64,000 nucleotides of DNA, taken from assembly GCF_006345805.1 (NCBI RefSeq), contig NC_043006.1:54498001-54562000 (forward strand), given 5' to 3'. Under the pieces are notes generated by a model. That model did no database searches, was not told the DNA's origin, and was given only the letters and a program-made list of their open reading frames with translations. This document shows, piece after piece, positions 1-12,945 of the stretch. This stretch comes from Octopus sinensis. Its lineage: Eukaryota. The position numbers and the translations under genes were made by a program. Within the stretch, counting starts at the first letter, position 1; every line of letters starts with the position of its first letter.

Positions 1-165
1 AGAATTTGTTGTGGCAGATTTTCTATAGCCGGATGCCCTTCCTGTCACCAACCCTCACCTATTTCCAAGTAGGGTAATATTTCCCCATGGCCAAACATAT
101 TTTTACAAAAGATTGGAAACAGGTCGCTACTTGCACAATTGTGACGCAATTATTGCACCATGTCA
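1..165 (-). mobile_element. Short non-autonomous element sharing the RTE 3' tail
   Basis: ATGCCCTTCCTGTCACCAACC matches the reverse complement of the GGTTGGCGTTAGGAAGGGCAT motif seen at the 3' end of every RTE copy in this window. Confidence 0.45.
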
Positions 166-200
166 AGGCAAGGAGAATATGCACAGACAGACAGGCATAA

Positions 201-363
201 GACAGGCTTCTTTTAGTTTCTGTCTACCAAATCCACTCACAAGACTTTTATCAACCTAGGGCTATAGCAGAAGACACTTGCCTAAGGTACCGTACAGTAG
301 AACTGAACCCAGAACCATCTTGTTGGGAAGCAAACTTCTTACCACCCAGCTATGTTTGCACCT
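201..363 (-). mobile_element. tRNA-derived SINE family A, 5' half
   Basis: Colinear with 6014-6173 (TTCAGTTTCCGTCTACCAAATCCACTCACAAGGC...GAACCC...CTTACCAC). Confidence 0.8.
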
Positions 364-806
364 ATACTTACTATATACAAATTTTTACAATCAATATCTT
401 TATTTAAAAAGAGAGAGATTAGAGATTGGTTAGCTTAATTTCAATCTAGTAAAATTTATCCAAACTTCAAAAATGACAAACAAAAGTGTTAGAGAAAGAG
501 TAGAGCTACAAAACAAAACAAAAAATCCATAAAGCACTTAGACAAAGATATTTTTCATTTTAATTTAGAAAACACTGAAAAGGATTAAGATAAACAGAAA
601 AAAAAATTATCTGACAACCCAGCAGAGCTTTGCAAATATCTTAAATTTTCAAAACATTGTAACAGTAATACAATAACATAAAAATACATGTATTTCTGTT
701 CATTGCCAGTTGTTCAAGAAACTACACTATCTGCTTTGACAACAACCCTCTTTAATCAACATTTTGTAAAACTATATTAAACAGAAATGAATTTTCTTCT
801 CTGCAG

Positions 807-924
807 GATGAAATACCAGCAATTCCAACTGCACCCCATCTAGAAGAGCCTAAGAATAAACATGTGTTAAATGTTTGTGATATATGTGATGGAATTATAT
901 TAGTTACAGAAAAGGATTTCAAGA
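807..924 (+). CDS. TRIT1: Internal exon, probable tRNA dimethylallyltransferase (TRIT1/Mod5-like), first half of the C-terminal zinc finger
   Basis: Acceptor TTTTCTTCTCTGCAG, donor A|GTAAGT. 118 nt encode DEIPAIPTAPHLEEPKNKHVLNVCDICDGIILVTEKDFK plus 1 nt, in phase with the exon at 3166. The joined CDIC...HMASRKHKK resembles the matrin-type finger at the C-terminus of eukaryotic TRIT1 (recalled similarity, not searched). Confidence 0.7.
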
Positions 925-1661
925 GTAAGTTTATTCTCTTTCTCTCCTCTATTCTTCCCCTGGAACACCATCAACAATGATGCTATATAATCAAATTGTT
1001 GAAATAAGGAGAATGTAGGGATACAAACCAAAATAAATTATGGTTTTCCATTAATTAATAAATTTACTCGCAGTTTTGTTGTAACACTACAGCGACAACA
1101 AGGATGATAAAAAATGCCTGTTTGATGCTAAATAAACCTCTTATTAAAAAGAAATAAGTCACAGAAGAATGATTTCTTCTAAAAAGGCCCATCTGTTTTA
1201 CCTATAGACATCAACCATCAACAACATCAATCTTGGAGATAATCATATTTATTGCTGCTCCTGGAAACTGTTTAACTGGAGAAACTCCCTGATCTCTGAG
1301 CTATGCACCCTGTTAAGTGACTCATTACTCCAGAAATCCTTCAGGGGAAACCCATTTCAGCCATCTTTAACATTAAATTAGGGAATTGATGCTTTCCACA
1401 AGTTACTTTCTGTAATAATTCAATTTCATTTTAGCAATAAATATACCATGTTAACCTGTTTAGTCTTAGTGAACTTTGGTGAAATTGGGTATTTGGTTTT
1501 TTTGTTTTTGTTTCTTAATAGGAAACTGATTTAGCTAGAAATATTTTCTTTCATACAATCAAATCCTTTTTTTTTCTATATTTAGACAGATTAATTTGAA
1601 TTGAACCCATCGTAGATGTTCAGTAACCTATTTCTCTCTATCTGTTCCCCTACTCATTTAA

Positions 1662-1830
1662 CCCTTTTGATACCAACTGCTACAACTGCCCACTTCCTGT
1701 TCTAAAAACCTGCCATCAGAACTCCCTGTTAACTTATGATCCAAACACCAATTTCATAAATGAGTTGTTTTACTAAATTCTTTATTTTCAAAAGCAATTG
1801 AAACAAAAAGCAGCATATTCAAAATGATGA
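1662..1830 (+). mobile_element. Degenerate piggyBac-like MITE remnant
   Basis: Starts TTAA|CCCTTTTGATACC and shares internal AGTT.TTTTACTAAATTCTTT with the MITE at 24935; no right end found. Confidence 0.35.
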
Positions 1831-1980
1831 ATATGGTCTGGTTGTTTCCTATTTTACTAACATGTTAAAAGAATTCAGAAGTAAAATGTAAAAGAGAAAC
1901 GATGAAATGGCAAAATGTACTTACTTTTTGCATATACATTTCTACAAGAACACATACTTCATAATATTACATTTGTGTTT

Positions 1981-2190
1981 AAGGCAGCAAGATGACAGAA
2001 TCATTAGTGTGCCAGACAAAAGCCTAGCAGCATTCCATCTGTCTTTACATTCTGAGTTCAAATTCTGCCGTTTATCTCTTCAGGGTCGATAAAACAAGTA
2101 CCAATTGAGTACTGGGGTTGATGTAATTGACTTACTCCCTGTCCCAAAATTGCTGGCCCGGTGCTAGAATTTGAAATCAATATTATATTT
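1981..2190 (+). mobile_element. tRNA-derived SINE family B
   Basis: GGCAGCAAG.TG.CAGAAT head, GAGTTCAAATTC B-box, GGGTCGATAAAA.AAGTACC core resembling the Meta-SINE domain, ATTAT tail. Confidence 0.75.
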
Positions 2191-2196
2191 GTATTT

Positions 2197-2420
2197 AAGG
2201 CAGCAAGCTGGCAGAATTGTTAGTATGCCAGACAAAAGTTTAGCAACATTTCATTTGTTTTTATGTTCTGGGTTCAAATTCTAGCAAGGTCAACTTTGCC
2301 TTTCATCCCTTCAGAGTCAATAAGATAAATGCCAGTTGAGCACTGGAGTCGATGTAATTGACCAACCACATTACCCAAAATTTCAGACCTTGCACCTATA
2401 GTAGAAAGGAATATTATATT
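2197..2420 (+). mobile_element. tRNA-derived SINE family B, second tandem copy
   Basis: Head-to-tail second copy with CTTTGCCTTTCATCCCTTCAGAGTCAATAAG core and AGAAAGGAATATTAT tail. Confidence 0.75.
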
Positions 2421-3165
2421 TGTGTTCCTATAGCTACTATAATAGGAAATTAGCATGCTCACTTGCTGTGCTGCCCTGGAAAACATTTATAGAACTGATT
2501 TTCTTGTAGCAGATCTGAAAATGGCAAAAGAGAGATCTAGAAAAATTTGCATCTCTGATCTATGTGGCTTGTCAAATGTCACTCTCAGAGTATCCATAGA
2601 GTGAAATATCACTTTTCAATAAGTAAATTAATGTCCCAGTCCTGCAATGTGTATTGTTACTGTATTTCATACATTTGACACAGCCCAATGCATAGAAATA
2701 AAGAATTAATAAATGATGTATGATATATTACAAGTAATGCAATGCAGAATGTACAAGTAAAGAAATAATGTGTTATATATTTGCTTGGTCACTCTTGAGT
2801 AGAGTGATGTAGTGAAAGCATGCTGAGCCCATAAACCCAGAGGTTCATTGATTGAAACTACACTCTGCAAAGAAATGGATACTAATTTTCATATTATACA
2901 TCACATCTGAGTTATCTACAAATATACCAACTGTACACATGTACATATATCTACAGAGATAGGTACAAATTATATTGTGTAATAGAAATTTATATAAGAT
3001 TAAGGGTTCAGCAAATGATCAGGACACACTAGAACCCAAGTAACAATGTAGCTATTTATCTTCTGATGTAAGTGCACACACACACATAGAGAGAGAGGAG
3101 ATAAATAGCTACCTTGTACTGAAATATTATGACAAATATCTATAATGTTTGTGCTTTATTTTCAG

Positions 3166-3254
3166 TGCATATGGCAAGCCGCAAACATAAGAAAAATTTG
3201 GCTAGGAAAAAAGCACTGGAGCTAAAAAATCAAGGTAAAACAATTTCAATCTGA
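3166..3254 (+). CDS. TRIT1: Exon completing the TRIT1-like zinc finger; terminal exon if read to TGA 3252-3254
   Basis: Acceptor GCTTTATTTTCAG. A|TG gives M, then HMASRKHKKNLARKKALELKNQ. It either splices at G|GTAAAA (3234/3235) or reads GKTISI to TGA. Confidence 0.68.
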
Positions 3255-4489
3255 CAGAGTGAAGAAAGTAGGGATTAAGTTGATTAATAGCAACTTGATA
3301 TTTTATCGATCTTGGTGGAATGGAAAAAAAAAATTTGAACATTAAGCAGGCAGCTTGATTCCTTTTTCATTTTTGTGTATAAACCATGATCCTTGCCAAA
3401 ATGTAATACAGGAATTTGAAGCATTGCAATATTCATGTCTTTCTAAGTATATTAATGGGTCAAGATAGTGAAAAAGTACTGATTATATTAATCCAAGAAA
3501 TTTGTAAAATAAAGAAAATTATTCTTAGAAAACTTTATGGTTAGATAAATGAGTATCAAATAAGATTGTTTAAAAATAAAATAGGTGTTTCTAATGGTGA
3601 TGTGGGAGATTAAAAAAAGACAAAGTTTGGCTAAATAGTTGGAAAGAAAAGATATTGAACTACCATTTATTGATGTATCTCAATATTGGGGAAAATAAAT
3701 GGCAGTTATTTTCTCCATTTTATAGATTAATTAAAAGGGTGAAGATTATAGGTGCAGAAACCATATAGTCAAAAAGGCCTCAGCCACATGAAATGAGTGT
3801 ATGTCCAAGTTATGAGAGGAATTAGTTGATTATTATTGATACTGCAAAACTTAATGTACTTATACATCCTTGAGCAAGACACTACTTGACTTTCTGTCAG
3901 CACTATTTAATACAAAATGAATGACATATTGTTAGAGAATCAATTGTACTGATTGAATTGACTAGTTGCTTTAGAAATTAAATTCAGATCCTGCTATGGC
4001 TGATTTGTTTTACCTACATTTTACAAATTTACATTATTTGGAGGAGGGTTTAAACAAGGCCTACAGAGCTTAGGAGCCAGTGCCATAGTATGTGTGCAAC
4101 AAACTGCAATAGATTTTGAAATAAAGTACATAAAATCGACTTAATAAATCAAGGTCCGTGAGTAAGGAAGAAGAGGATTTCTGAATTTCAAACTAGAACT
4201 TATAACTTTTTTTTTAGTCCAATATGATGTCATTTTGGAAAATACAAAATGAAGAAAAGTACATTCTTTAAATTCATAATTTTATTCTGGAAAGCAATTT
4301 TAATACTCTTATAAGAGTAAGTTAATAGAACTATTTTATTTAATGTGCCTTTTTTCTTATATAAAACAGTAGTGTCTGTCTTGACAGAAATTTGGCTTCT
4401 ATTGCAAATAGCTTGAGCAACAACGTGAAGTAAGGGTTTCCATCCTTTCCCAGGGATGGGTGACAAAGACACACACACACACACACTCA

Positions 4490-4652
4490 CAAGCTTCTTT
4501 ACAGTTTCTGTATCTCAAATTCATCCATAAACGATTGGTTGGGCTGAGTTTGTAGTAAAGTATGCTTGCCCAAGATACTGCAGTGGGAATGAACCTAGAA
4601 CTACATGGTTGAAAACCAGGCTTCTTAACTACACAGCCTATGCATGCACCTG
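4490..4652 (-). mobile_element. Diverged SINE family A 5' half
   Basis: Colinear with the family A head (CTTGCCCAAG...CAGTGGGAATGAACC...CTTAACTACACAGCC). Confidence 0.65.
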
Positions 4653-5775
4653 TTGATAAAATTCAAAATAAAATTCTTTGGGGTAGTTTTGGATCATTCT
4701 TTCTCCCTCTGCTGACTTTAATGCAAAAAACACACACAAAAAAAACTTAGTTTTCGCCCCTCACCATTCCATTTATTATTGAAATATCAGCCTTTCGTTA
4801 TCTACACTCTCGTAAAGGTATTTCTGTAAAATGCCATTTAAAATATGCATTCTAAGGAGTTATAAAACAACAACGTCGAAAATCAATCGCCCGCCCAAAA
4901 ATCCTAACGTTTACCTTCGAAAACTTATTCCAGCAAAATTTCATGCATTTTTCGAAATGTTTTGAAGAGACAAAGTCGGGTTAGTGGTGGCTGAACAAAC
5001 CGTAGTTATGTCGATGCTCTTAGAATTACTCGATAATAATAATATGCTGCACTTCAATCAAGCAAACAATTGTGGCTAGTTCAAAGGAAAGTTAGTATCC
5101 GAAATATCAGAACTTACAAGTCTAAATTTTATGATTTATCATTCTCACCTGCTACAATCTATCTGCGTGCATTTATGCCGCAAGTGCCTATGAGAGAGAT
5201 TCTCTCAAGGTTTAATAGCGCAGTATTAGGTGTGTTATCAAAGCATCTATGTCAAGTTGGATAAAAAGATAAGCTTTTGGTATTTTTACTTTTACAGTAT
5301 AGGGGGGTTACAGCAGCTTCATTGACGAACGACACAATATAAGGGAAAGAATCCCCATAAAATAAATCTTTTTTTTGTTCTGTATTTATTTATTTTTTTA
5401 AAATCCTCGATCAAATCGTTTTCTTCTGATAATGTAAGGTGATAACTTTCGCGTTATTTTTTCAAGAATTTCATTTAATTACGACCAGTAATGTTTAACA
5501 CGCAATTATAATCAAAATTATATATTTCAGAAATCGAAAAGGAGAAACAAAGGGACGTAACTGAAGAAGAAAACCATTGAATATCGGCGATTTCCACAAT
5601 ATTTTATTATATTTTAAAATATTTTAGATAAATTACTTTACACAAATCACATTCTTATCGCCTTTTTTAAATTATTTTTACTGGTTTCAAATGTCTAAAT
5701 GTTCTTTGGTGTCTGAGAGGTAACTCAATATTAAATGCTATAAGGTATTTACATTCTTCGACTAATATATATGTA

Positions 5776-6173
5776 TACTCTTTTACTTGTTTCAGTCATG
5801 TGACTGTGGCCATGCTGGAGCACCGCCTTTAGTCGAACAAATTGACCCCAGGACTTATTCTTTGTAAGCCTAGTACTTATGCTATCGGTCTCTTTTGCCG
5901 AACCGCTAAGTTACGGGGACGTAAACACTCCCGCATCGGTTGTCAAGCGATGTTGGGGGGACAAACACACACACAAGCATATACACACACGTACATATAT
6001 ATATGCATATAAAAGACGGGCTTCTTTCAGTTTCCGTCTACCAAATCCACTCACAAGGCTTTGGTTGTCCCGCGGCTATAAAAGACACTTGCCTAAGGTG
6101 CCACACAGTGGGACTGAACCCGGAACCATGTGGTTCGTAAGCAAGCTACTTACCACACAGCCACTCCTACGCC
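5776..6173 (-). mobile_element. Full-length tRNA-derived SINE family A
   Basis: Minus strand starts GGCGTAGGAGTGGCTGTGTGGTAAG (A-box), then GGTTCAGTCCC (B-box), a CORE-like CCTTAGGCAAGTGTCTT, an internal CA/TA tract, and tail GACTGAAACAAGTAAAAGAGTA. More than ten related copies in the window. Confidence 0.9.
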
Positions 6174-6336
6174 TATGTATGTATGTGTGTATATATATAT
6201 ACACACACACATACATATATACATTAAACTCCTCACTTGTATCACTATCAAACCAAGAGTTTAACTACGGTCTGTCCATAGCACTTAGCATTACCTGTCA
6301 CTCTTTGGATATTCTAGATACTAATACCTTTATATA

Positions 6337-6372
6337 TTAGCAGTAATACCCGTCGTTAATCGGATAATTACT
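6337..6372 (-). mobile_element. Degenerate Helitron 3' terminus
   Basis: Minus strand CCGATTAACGACGGG hairpin then TATTACTGCTAA|T, similar to the ends at 40430-40459 and 52500. Confidence 0.35.
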
Positions 6373-6519
6373 TTTAGAGTTTCTCAGGCCAAGAAGCTAG
6401 AAAAATGGGTACATCATATAGAAGAATAGCTTTACAGAATCCAGGTGACTGCGATGGCACTGAAAAGGCTACAGATCAAGTGTTCCTTTTGATGTTTGAA
6501 TAGGAGGTGTGCCAAAGGA

Positions 6520-6810
6520 GAATTGAAACTATAGAGAGCTACTATGCCACTATCAACTTGATCATTCTTAATCAAGCCCTGATGCGAAATAGATATTATA
6601 CATGCCATGCAAGCCGCTCTATTAAATTTTGATGGTACATTATGGAGTAGATTAGATAGGGAGAATGCATTTGATATAGCAATGGGCTCACATGATTCTG
6701 CTGAGGCCAGTGACCTAGTCAGAATATATATCCTTTCATTAATCCAGTCTTCCTTTCCGGATGTAACAGGGGGTCTATATAGGGATTATGCCTTATTTTT
6801 CTAGACAGAA
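6520..6810 (+). pseudogene. Penelope-like (Naiad-type) reverse transcriptase fragment
   Basis: FDIAMGSHDSAEASDLVRIYIL...GLYRDYAL matches the PLE RT motif pattern F-x-x-x-MGS-x-DGAE-x-x-ELVG...GLYRDD; upstream ESYYATIN resembles DI-x-x-FYPSI. Confidence 0.75.
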
Positions 6811-9441
6811 GTAGTACAGTTAGGCATAGGAAAGATGGCTTCCCTCTGATCACGTGTCAGCGACGAGAGTCGAGGAGGAGAAGTAAGAGAGAGGGAACAG
6901 TGAAGGGGAGAAGAGAAGGATAGGAAAGGGTGGGAGAGAAAACCAGAAAGGATGAAGAACAAGAGAGGGAGAGAGATAGACAGAGAAGAGTGCGCATCGT
7001 AATTATTAAGATAAAACTTACTTGGAAAAGGATGCGTGGCATTCGATCATATAATATAAATATATATATCTTTAGTTTCAATCATTGGACTGCAGCCATG
7101 TTGGGGCACTGCCACCTTGAAGGGTTTAGTTGAGCTAATCTACTCAAGTACATTCTTTTTTGAAGGCTTGGGGCTCTTGTTAGATTTCTAACCATTTGAC
7201 TTTTCACCTGAATATTTTCAAAAATTGTAATTTTGAAGTAGTTTTGCATGCGTTAGGCTATATAAATACAAATTCACACAAAAACCTGAAAATGTTGGTT
7301 TTTTTCTAAGAAAATGCAAAAGAAACTGACGTGTATCCTTCAAATCCAATCTATAAGTGGCATAATAAATATTTAAAAGATATTCCAAAGATTCTCTGAA
7401 TGACTATATGCACAGGCCTGATTGTGTGCATTTACAAAAAACATAATCGTGTACATACCCAAGTATTAAAGAGACGCTCACAAAGAACGTATAAAACTAC
7501 ACACACACACATATCTACAAACAGCAGGAACTGTCTTAACTCAAAATGCCCTGTTAGTAACCAGCCTGAACTCCAACTAAAAGAATTTAAATAAAGCTCA
7601 ATGAAAATAAACACTCCTATTCCAGATTCAATAAATCTCAAGAAATATTTCACTTCGAAATTCAACTCAATTCCAGTCCATTCTATTCTATTCAAGAGTT
7701 GTTCTTTGCATTCAAGCTGATTCTGATACAGCAAACCTATGATGAAAGACACGCTAAGCACGACTATCCCAGCTTTTGTTCCTGATATAAGAGAATATAT
7801 CTTGCCCACTTTTTTAAAGATTAATCTGAGAGAGATCTGGTCCCTTCGTCTCAGTAACATCAATACACGTATAAAATACATATATTGACTCTTACGCAAC
7901 TGAAAAAAAGTTCTCCCTCTTTTTTTTTTTAAATCTTGACAAATGACAAAAAAAAAAAAGCGATAAATTAAGAAAGTAGGGAGGGAAATCTCAGTTATCA
8001 TCAAGTATCGTCTGCACTCAGCAGGTTCAATAGCATGGATCATCATTTAATTAAAGTTTGTCTAATTTTTTATATTTATCTATCCCTATAATTCTTGGTT
8101 TTCCCCATACTACTGTCATTCGGTTTGCCGTTTAATTAAAAGTTGTTGTTCCAACTCTGACCATCTGTTTTATCACTTTCTTTAATAGTATTCAGGCAAT
8201 ACATCTCTTTTAAAAATAGTAGGGGGTGATTTAAGAATATATTTAGTTACTATTTCTAACAAGTCGGGCGCTCATACTTTCGTCCAAGGGAGGTAACTCT
8301 TCATCCATAAAAAAGTATTGCAGTGTCAGACCTTTACATCGTTAAGTGGAAACGCGCTATGGACCGAAAGAACAGCAACAGAAATCACCAGAGGCTGAAC
8401 TCCCATTAAGCAAGTATTTCAGTCTGTTATTTCCCGACACTCTAAGGGAGCAGGATCCACTTAGGTCATGACACTCTGGCGTTCTCTGCTGGTTTTGAAA
8501 TGTTACCTTTAGTGGGTATTGAACTCAGAACTTTCTGGTGATCTTATTTCCCTGAAAGTGGTTCATACCACTCACCCACAAAGACTGCTGCGAGAATTTG
8601 CACTGTTGATGTATCTCAAAGTGGGTCTCTCCTCCTACTATGTTTAGCGGTTTGCAGTTCCAGTTACCATTTCTCTTTACCCTTAGCCACCTTGTAGTTT
8701 TTTTACTTTTTCAGTTCAGATCCTACCAAAGTCACCTTTGCCTTCCATCGTTCAACGTCAATGAAATAAAGCGACAGTCAAATACCAAGCTTTAAGCAAT
8801 CGCTTATGCTCTCCTCTCAAAATTCCTGGCCCTGTATCTAAATTAGAAACATTTCCCGGGCATGATATTTGAGCGTGCATGGATGCAGAGACATGTGAAA
8901 ATAAAGAAATGTACAAAAGCAAGCCTCCTTTTAAATGCCGCATTTCTTCAAAGGCATTATATCCGTGACGTCTTTTTCAAGTGTTCCAATTATGACAATC
9001 CAAATGTTTTAAATTGTTTCGACCATAACTATCTCGTGTTCCAAACCTGACCGTCTCGTCTGTTTTTCTATGTTTGAGAAAATTGTATTATGTTGAATAT
9101 ATCTGTTGCCTTTATTTAAAGATTTTCCACTCGATATTTCTACGGATTGTGAAGACACCTGGCATAGTGTTTAGGGTGTCGGCTACAAGCGATTTACTGG
9201 ACAAGGTAGCGCGTCATGTCTTTGAGTACGGCACTTCATTTCATGTTTTTCCAGCCAGCTCAGCTGAAAAGTAGTACCAGCCCAGTGATTGATTATTCCT
9301 CTCTCTCTCTCTTTCACTTCAACTATGAAATTCTTCGATTTTCCACTGGGTTAAATGTATGGGTGGGGGCTGCGTATTGTCTGCTTTGCTGGTGGCTACA
9401 TAAACACTTAGAAAGTTTAGGGTACATATGGTACGTATTAC

Positions 9442-9688
9442 GGTTAATATAAAGATCTTCACCCAGGAACAAAAAAAATAATAATAAACCAGCATGCTGG
9501 GTGTTAACAAGTATGCAGAAAACGAATACGAAAAAAAAAATGTGCGCTGACGGTCGGGGTGTGGGGGGTTCGAAAAATTCACAAGATCCGATTTTTTTTT
9601 AATATTCGTCTTCCACATACTTGTTAACACCCAGCAGGCTGGTTTATTATTATTTTTTTGTTCCCGGGTGAAGATCTTTATATTAACC
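9442..9688. mobile_element. MITE with ~74-bp terminal inverted repeats
   Basis: 9442-9515 is the near-perfect reverse complement of 9616-9688 (GGTTAATATAAAGATCTTCACCC...). Confidence 0.8.
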
Positions 9689-10024
9689 CGCATTACCAGG
9701 TCATTCTCGTTTGCGAGTGATGGTTATGATTTCTTTTTCTCTGTTTGGGATATAATGTTTCGGTATAAGTATATATGACATCAGTCATGAGTTAGTGTGG
9801 GTGCGAACGTGTTTGACTGTTTACCTCTGTTGAGCAGATGAAACATGTCATACTCTCACTCATAGACTTTTACCGAAATATTGCACCTATGGGTTAACTT
9901 AACAACGAAATTTGTCAAGGACGGTAGTTACTATTTCTAACATATTGGGCGACAACAGTATATGCATATTCACATACAATAGACACATACACGAGCCTGT
10001 CGTTAGTTGTTTGTTTAGTTCCAA

Positions 10025-10155
10025 GTCAGCTCTAACTCAGCAGACCCAACTATATTCTACGTGAAAGCATGTGCGTCGATGCTCTGTTCCGCTACTTGTA
10101 ACCTGGTAAAGAGATGTGCTAAAAGTAACAGCCAAATAGGCCTTAAATCACACAC
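10025..10155 (+). repeat. Dispersed repeat family with core TTGCTAGAAATAGCAGCCAAATCTC (unclassified, probably a SINE tail)
   Basis: Related segments at about 27640-27730, 28530-28680, 42240-42330, 62680-62830 and 63150-63270, in both orientations. Confidence 0.45.
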
Positions 10156-11674
10156 TACCACGCCCATTCTTTTTTCTTTGGTTTTTGCATAATCGTATGA
10201 ATTCAATTCCCAAGTGTAGAATACAAATTCGCAAAACTTTTCAGATAATTCAAAAAAAATAAATAAATAAAATGAAATAAAGAAGTTATGTGGGGTTATA
10301 TATAGTGCGTAATTCATTTCTTTACAGTTTCAGAATATTGACAACACGTGCTATTTTCAGGATGTTGACAAAATGTAGTCACACACAAAATGATAGCTTC
10401 CAAATCCTGTTTTCTGACTGGGTGAAAATTATCAAACTTTAAACCTCTATAACTTTTTTAAACTTTTCTGGAAAAAGTGGAATATCTCCAGAGATTCAGC
10501 TTGGAAAACTACATTAATGTGCCAAATTTAAAAACTTTCAATAAATTGTGAATTTTCGAAAAGATCCTATTATTTTAGTTAAATTACCATTAACAGTGAA
10601 CCAGAAGTAATAATTGACAATACACACAAGAGATTCCGCAAAACCTTAGGAGATTTCAGAGTTATTCAATGTGGGTAATCCGGTTAAGATTAAAGGGAGA
10701 CAGCTATTGGGCATAACGTTTTACTAGAGGGAGATGATCACCACTCTTCGATGTCGGCCAGTGGTACACACACGCATGCAATTTTATCAACAATCAAGCT
10801 TAAATAAATTGTAGAATTGTTTCTGAAAGATAACAATCTCGACAAACTGATACACAGCTGTAATTGTGTAATAAAGAAATATAAGCTAAATTCATCATAG
10901 AAATACTAAGATTCTGGTTTCGAATTTCAAAAATGTACTTACAAAATGTGTGTCAGCTCTGGTTATTGCTCTGATATAAAATTCCTTGTTACAGACACCA
11001 GTTACTTTAGATGCCTTGGATGGGTCAGAGGTGAAGTACATTTGTTGTCAAAGATAGTTAGCAAAAAAGTGACGAGGCCTCGACCATTTACTGGAGTTTG
11101 AGTGTCATAGAGTCCGAAATGCGTAATGTAATAGCTGTTATCCAACAATGGTTGGATGATTCAACGAATAGATCAAGTGATTGTATGTTGGTCAGGAAAG
11201 TGTATGAGAATGATAGTAAATATTGTATGGAGTTCAGAAGCTTCTGTACTAGCAGTGTTCGTGCGGTAGGCGAATGAGAGTATTAAATGGTAGATATGAC
11301 TTCTGAGTGAGGATAAAATGAAGTAGATCTCTTCGACAGGTTGTAAGTGAACTAGTTCTGAGAGCGGAAGTAGAAGAATTAAGAGGTAAGAAGGTGTCTT
11401 TGAGTCAGAGTGACTGAAAGTACATATTAATGATATCCAGAGAGAATAGAGTCTAATGCAAGGGAGACAACAATTATAATTTTTTTTTCCCTTAAGTTAC
11501 CTCCCATTTTGTATATTTATCCTGAAATCCCGTGCAATCTCGTGTAGCCTCCTATATTCTCATCTAAGAGAGAGATGATTACTGACGTCCTATGTGACAG
11601 ATTTCATCATTGTTGGAAGATTCCTCTCAATGAAACCAATGGTAGCCTTATTAATCCACAAGTAAATGTGTGTG

Positions 11675-11706
<32 letters not shown>

Positions 11707-11713
11707 ATATATA

Positions 11714-12945
11714 CGAGGGACGTTCAATAAGTAATGCCTCTGACCCACTTGCAGTTGTTTGATCTAGCTGAAATTTTGCATGTGCAATCATTTATATCTC
11801 TATAGAGTAAGTGGTTTCTGATTTACAGGTGTTTGAACCGAGTCAAGTGTGAAATGGAGCCTGTTGAGTGTCGAGCAGTGATCCGGTTTTTGTATTTGAA
11901 AGGACGCACACCACGGGAGACTTTTGATGAAATGAAAGTAACTTATGGTAATGATGCCCCATCATATGACCTTGTAAAACGCTGGCCTCGTGAATTCAAA
12001 CATGGTCGGAACTCTGTGGAAACAGCTCCCAGATCTGGTCGCCCCCTTCTGCCATTGATGAGGCATCTGTCCGTCAAGTTGAGGCTGCCATTTTGGAAGA
12101 TCGACGCATAATTATTCGCCAAATAGCCCATGAGGTCAAGATTAGTACCGGGTCTGTGGAAACTATCATTCATGACCATATACATATGCAAAAGGTGTCT
12201 GCCAGATGGATTCCCAGGTTGCTCACGCCTTTCCAGAAGCAAGAACGCGTCGTGTGTTCGAGGGTGAAATTGGAGATGTGTCAAGAAGATGAGTCAAAAT
12301 TTTTCAAAAGACTGATTACACAGGATGAAACCTGGGTCCAGAGACCAAAGCCCAGTCGATGCAGTGGAAGCACCGTGACTCACCCCCTCCAAAGAAGGCA
12401 AGGGTGCAGCCCTCCGCTGGCAAGGTCATGCTCACAGTCTTCTGGGACCAGGACGGAGTAGTGATGACAGATTTCCTGGCAAAGGGTACCACAATTGCAG
12501 GAACCTATTATGCTTCACTTTTGAGGAAATTAAGAGAAGTTATCAAAATCAAGAGGCGGGGCAAGATCAGCAAAGGCATCCTCCTCCTGCAGGACAACGC
12601 TCCGGTCCACAACTCGCTTGTCGCCAGATCAGAAGCACAGGCGTATGGCTATGAACTCCTCCCCATCCTTGCACCCTCTGATTTTCACCTCTTCCCAATC
12701 ATGAAGTTGTTTTTGAAAGGAAAGCGTTTCCCAGATGATGCAGCCTTGATTTCTGAAGTCACGTTCAGGTTGGAGGACCAAGCTGGGGTCTTCTACAAAA
12801 ACGGTCTCCAGAGCTGCATCAAACAATGGGAGAAATGCGTAACTCTGGGTGGTTCCTATGTAGAAAAAGACTAATAACTGTGCCAAGTTTCGTTGCTCTA
12901 CTGCTATGGGAAGTGGGTCAGGGGCATTACTTATTGAACGCCCCT

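Noticed and set aside
4069-4118. Possible last TRIT1 exon after CCTACAG (ELRSQCHSMCATNCNRF*)
   Set aside because: Weak acceptor with no polypyrimidine tract and no recognisable homology
10990-11460. Possible CR1/L2 endonuclease remnant on the minus strand (QSLDLFV)
   Set aside because: A single weak motif; not enough to call
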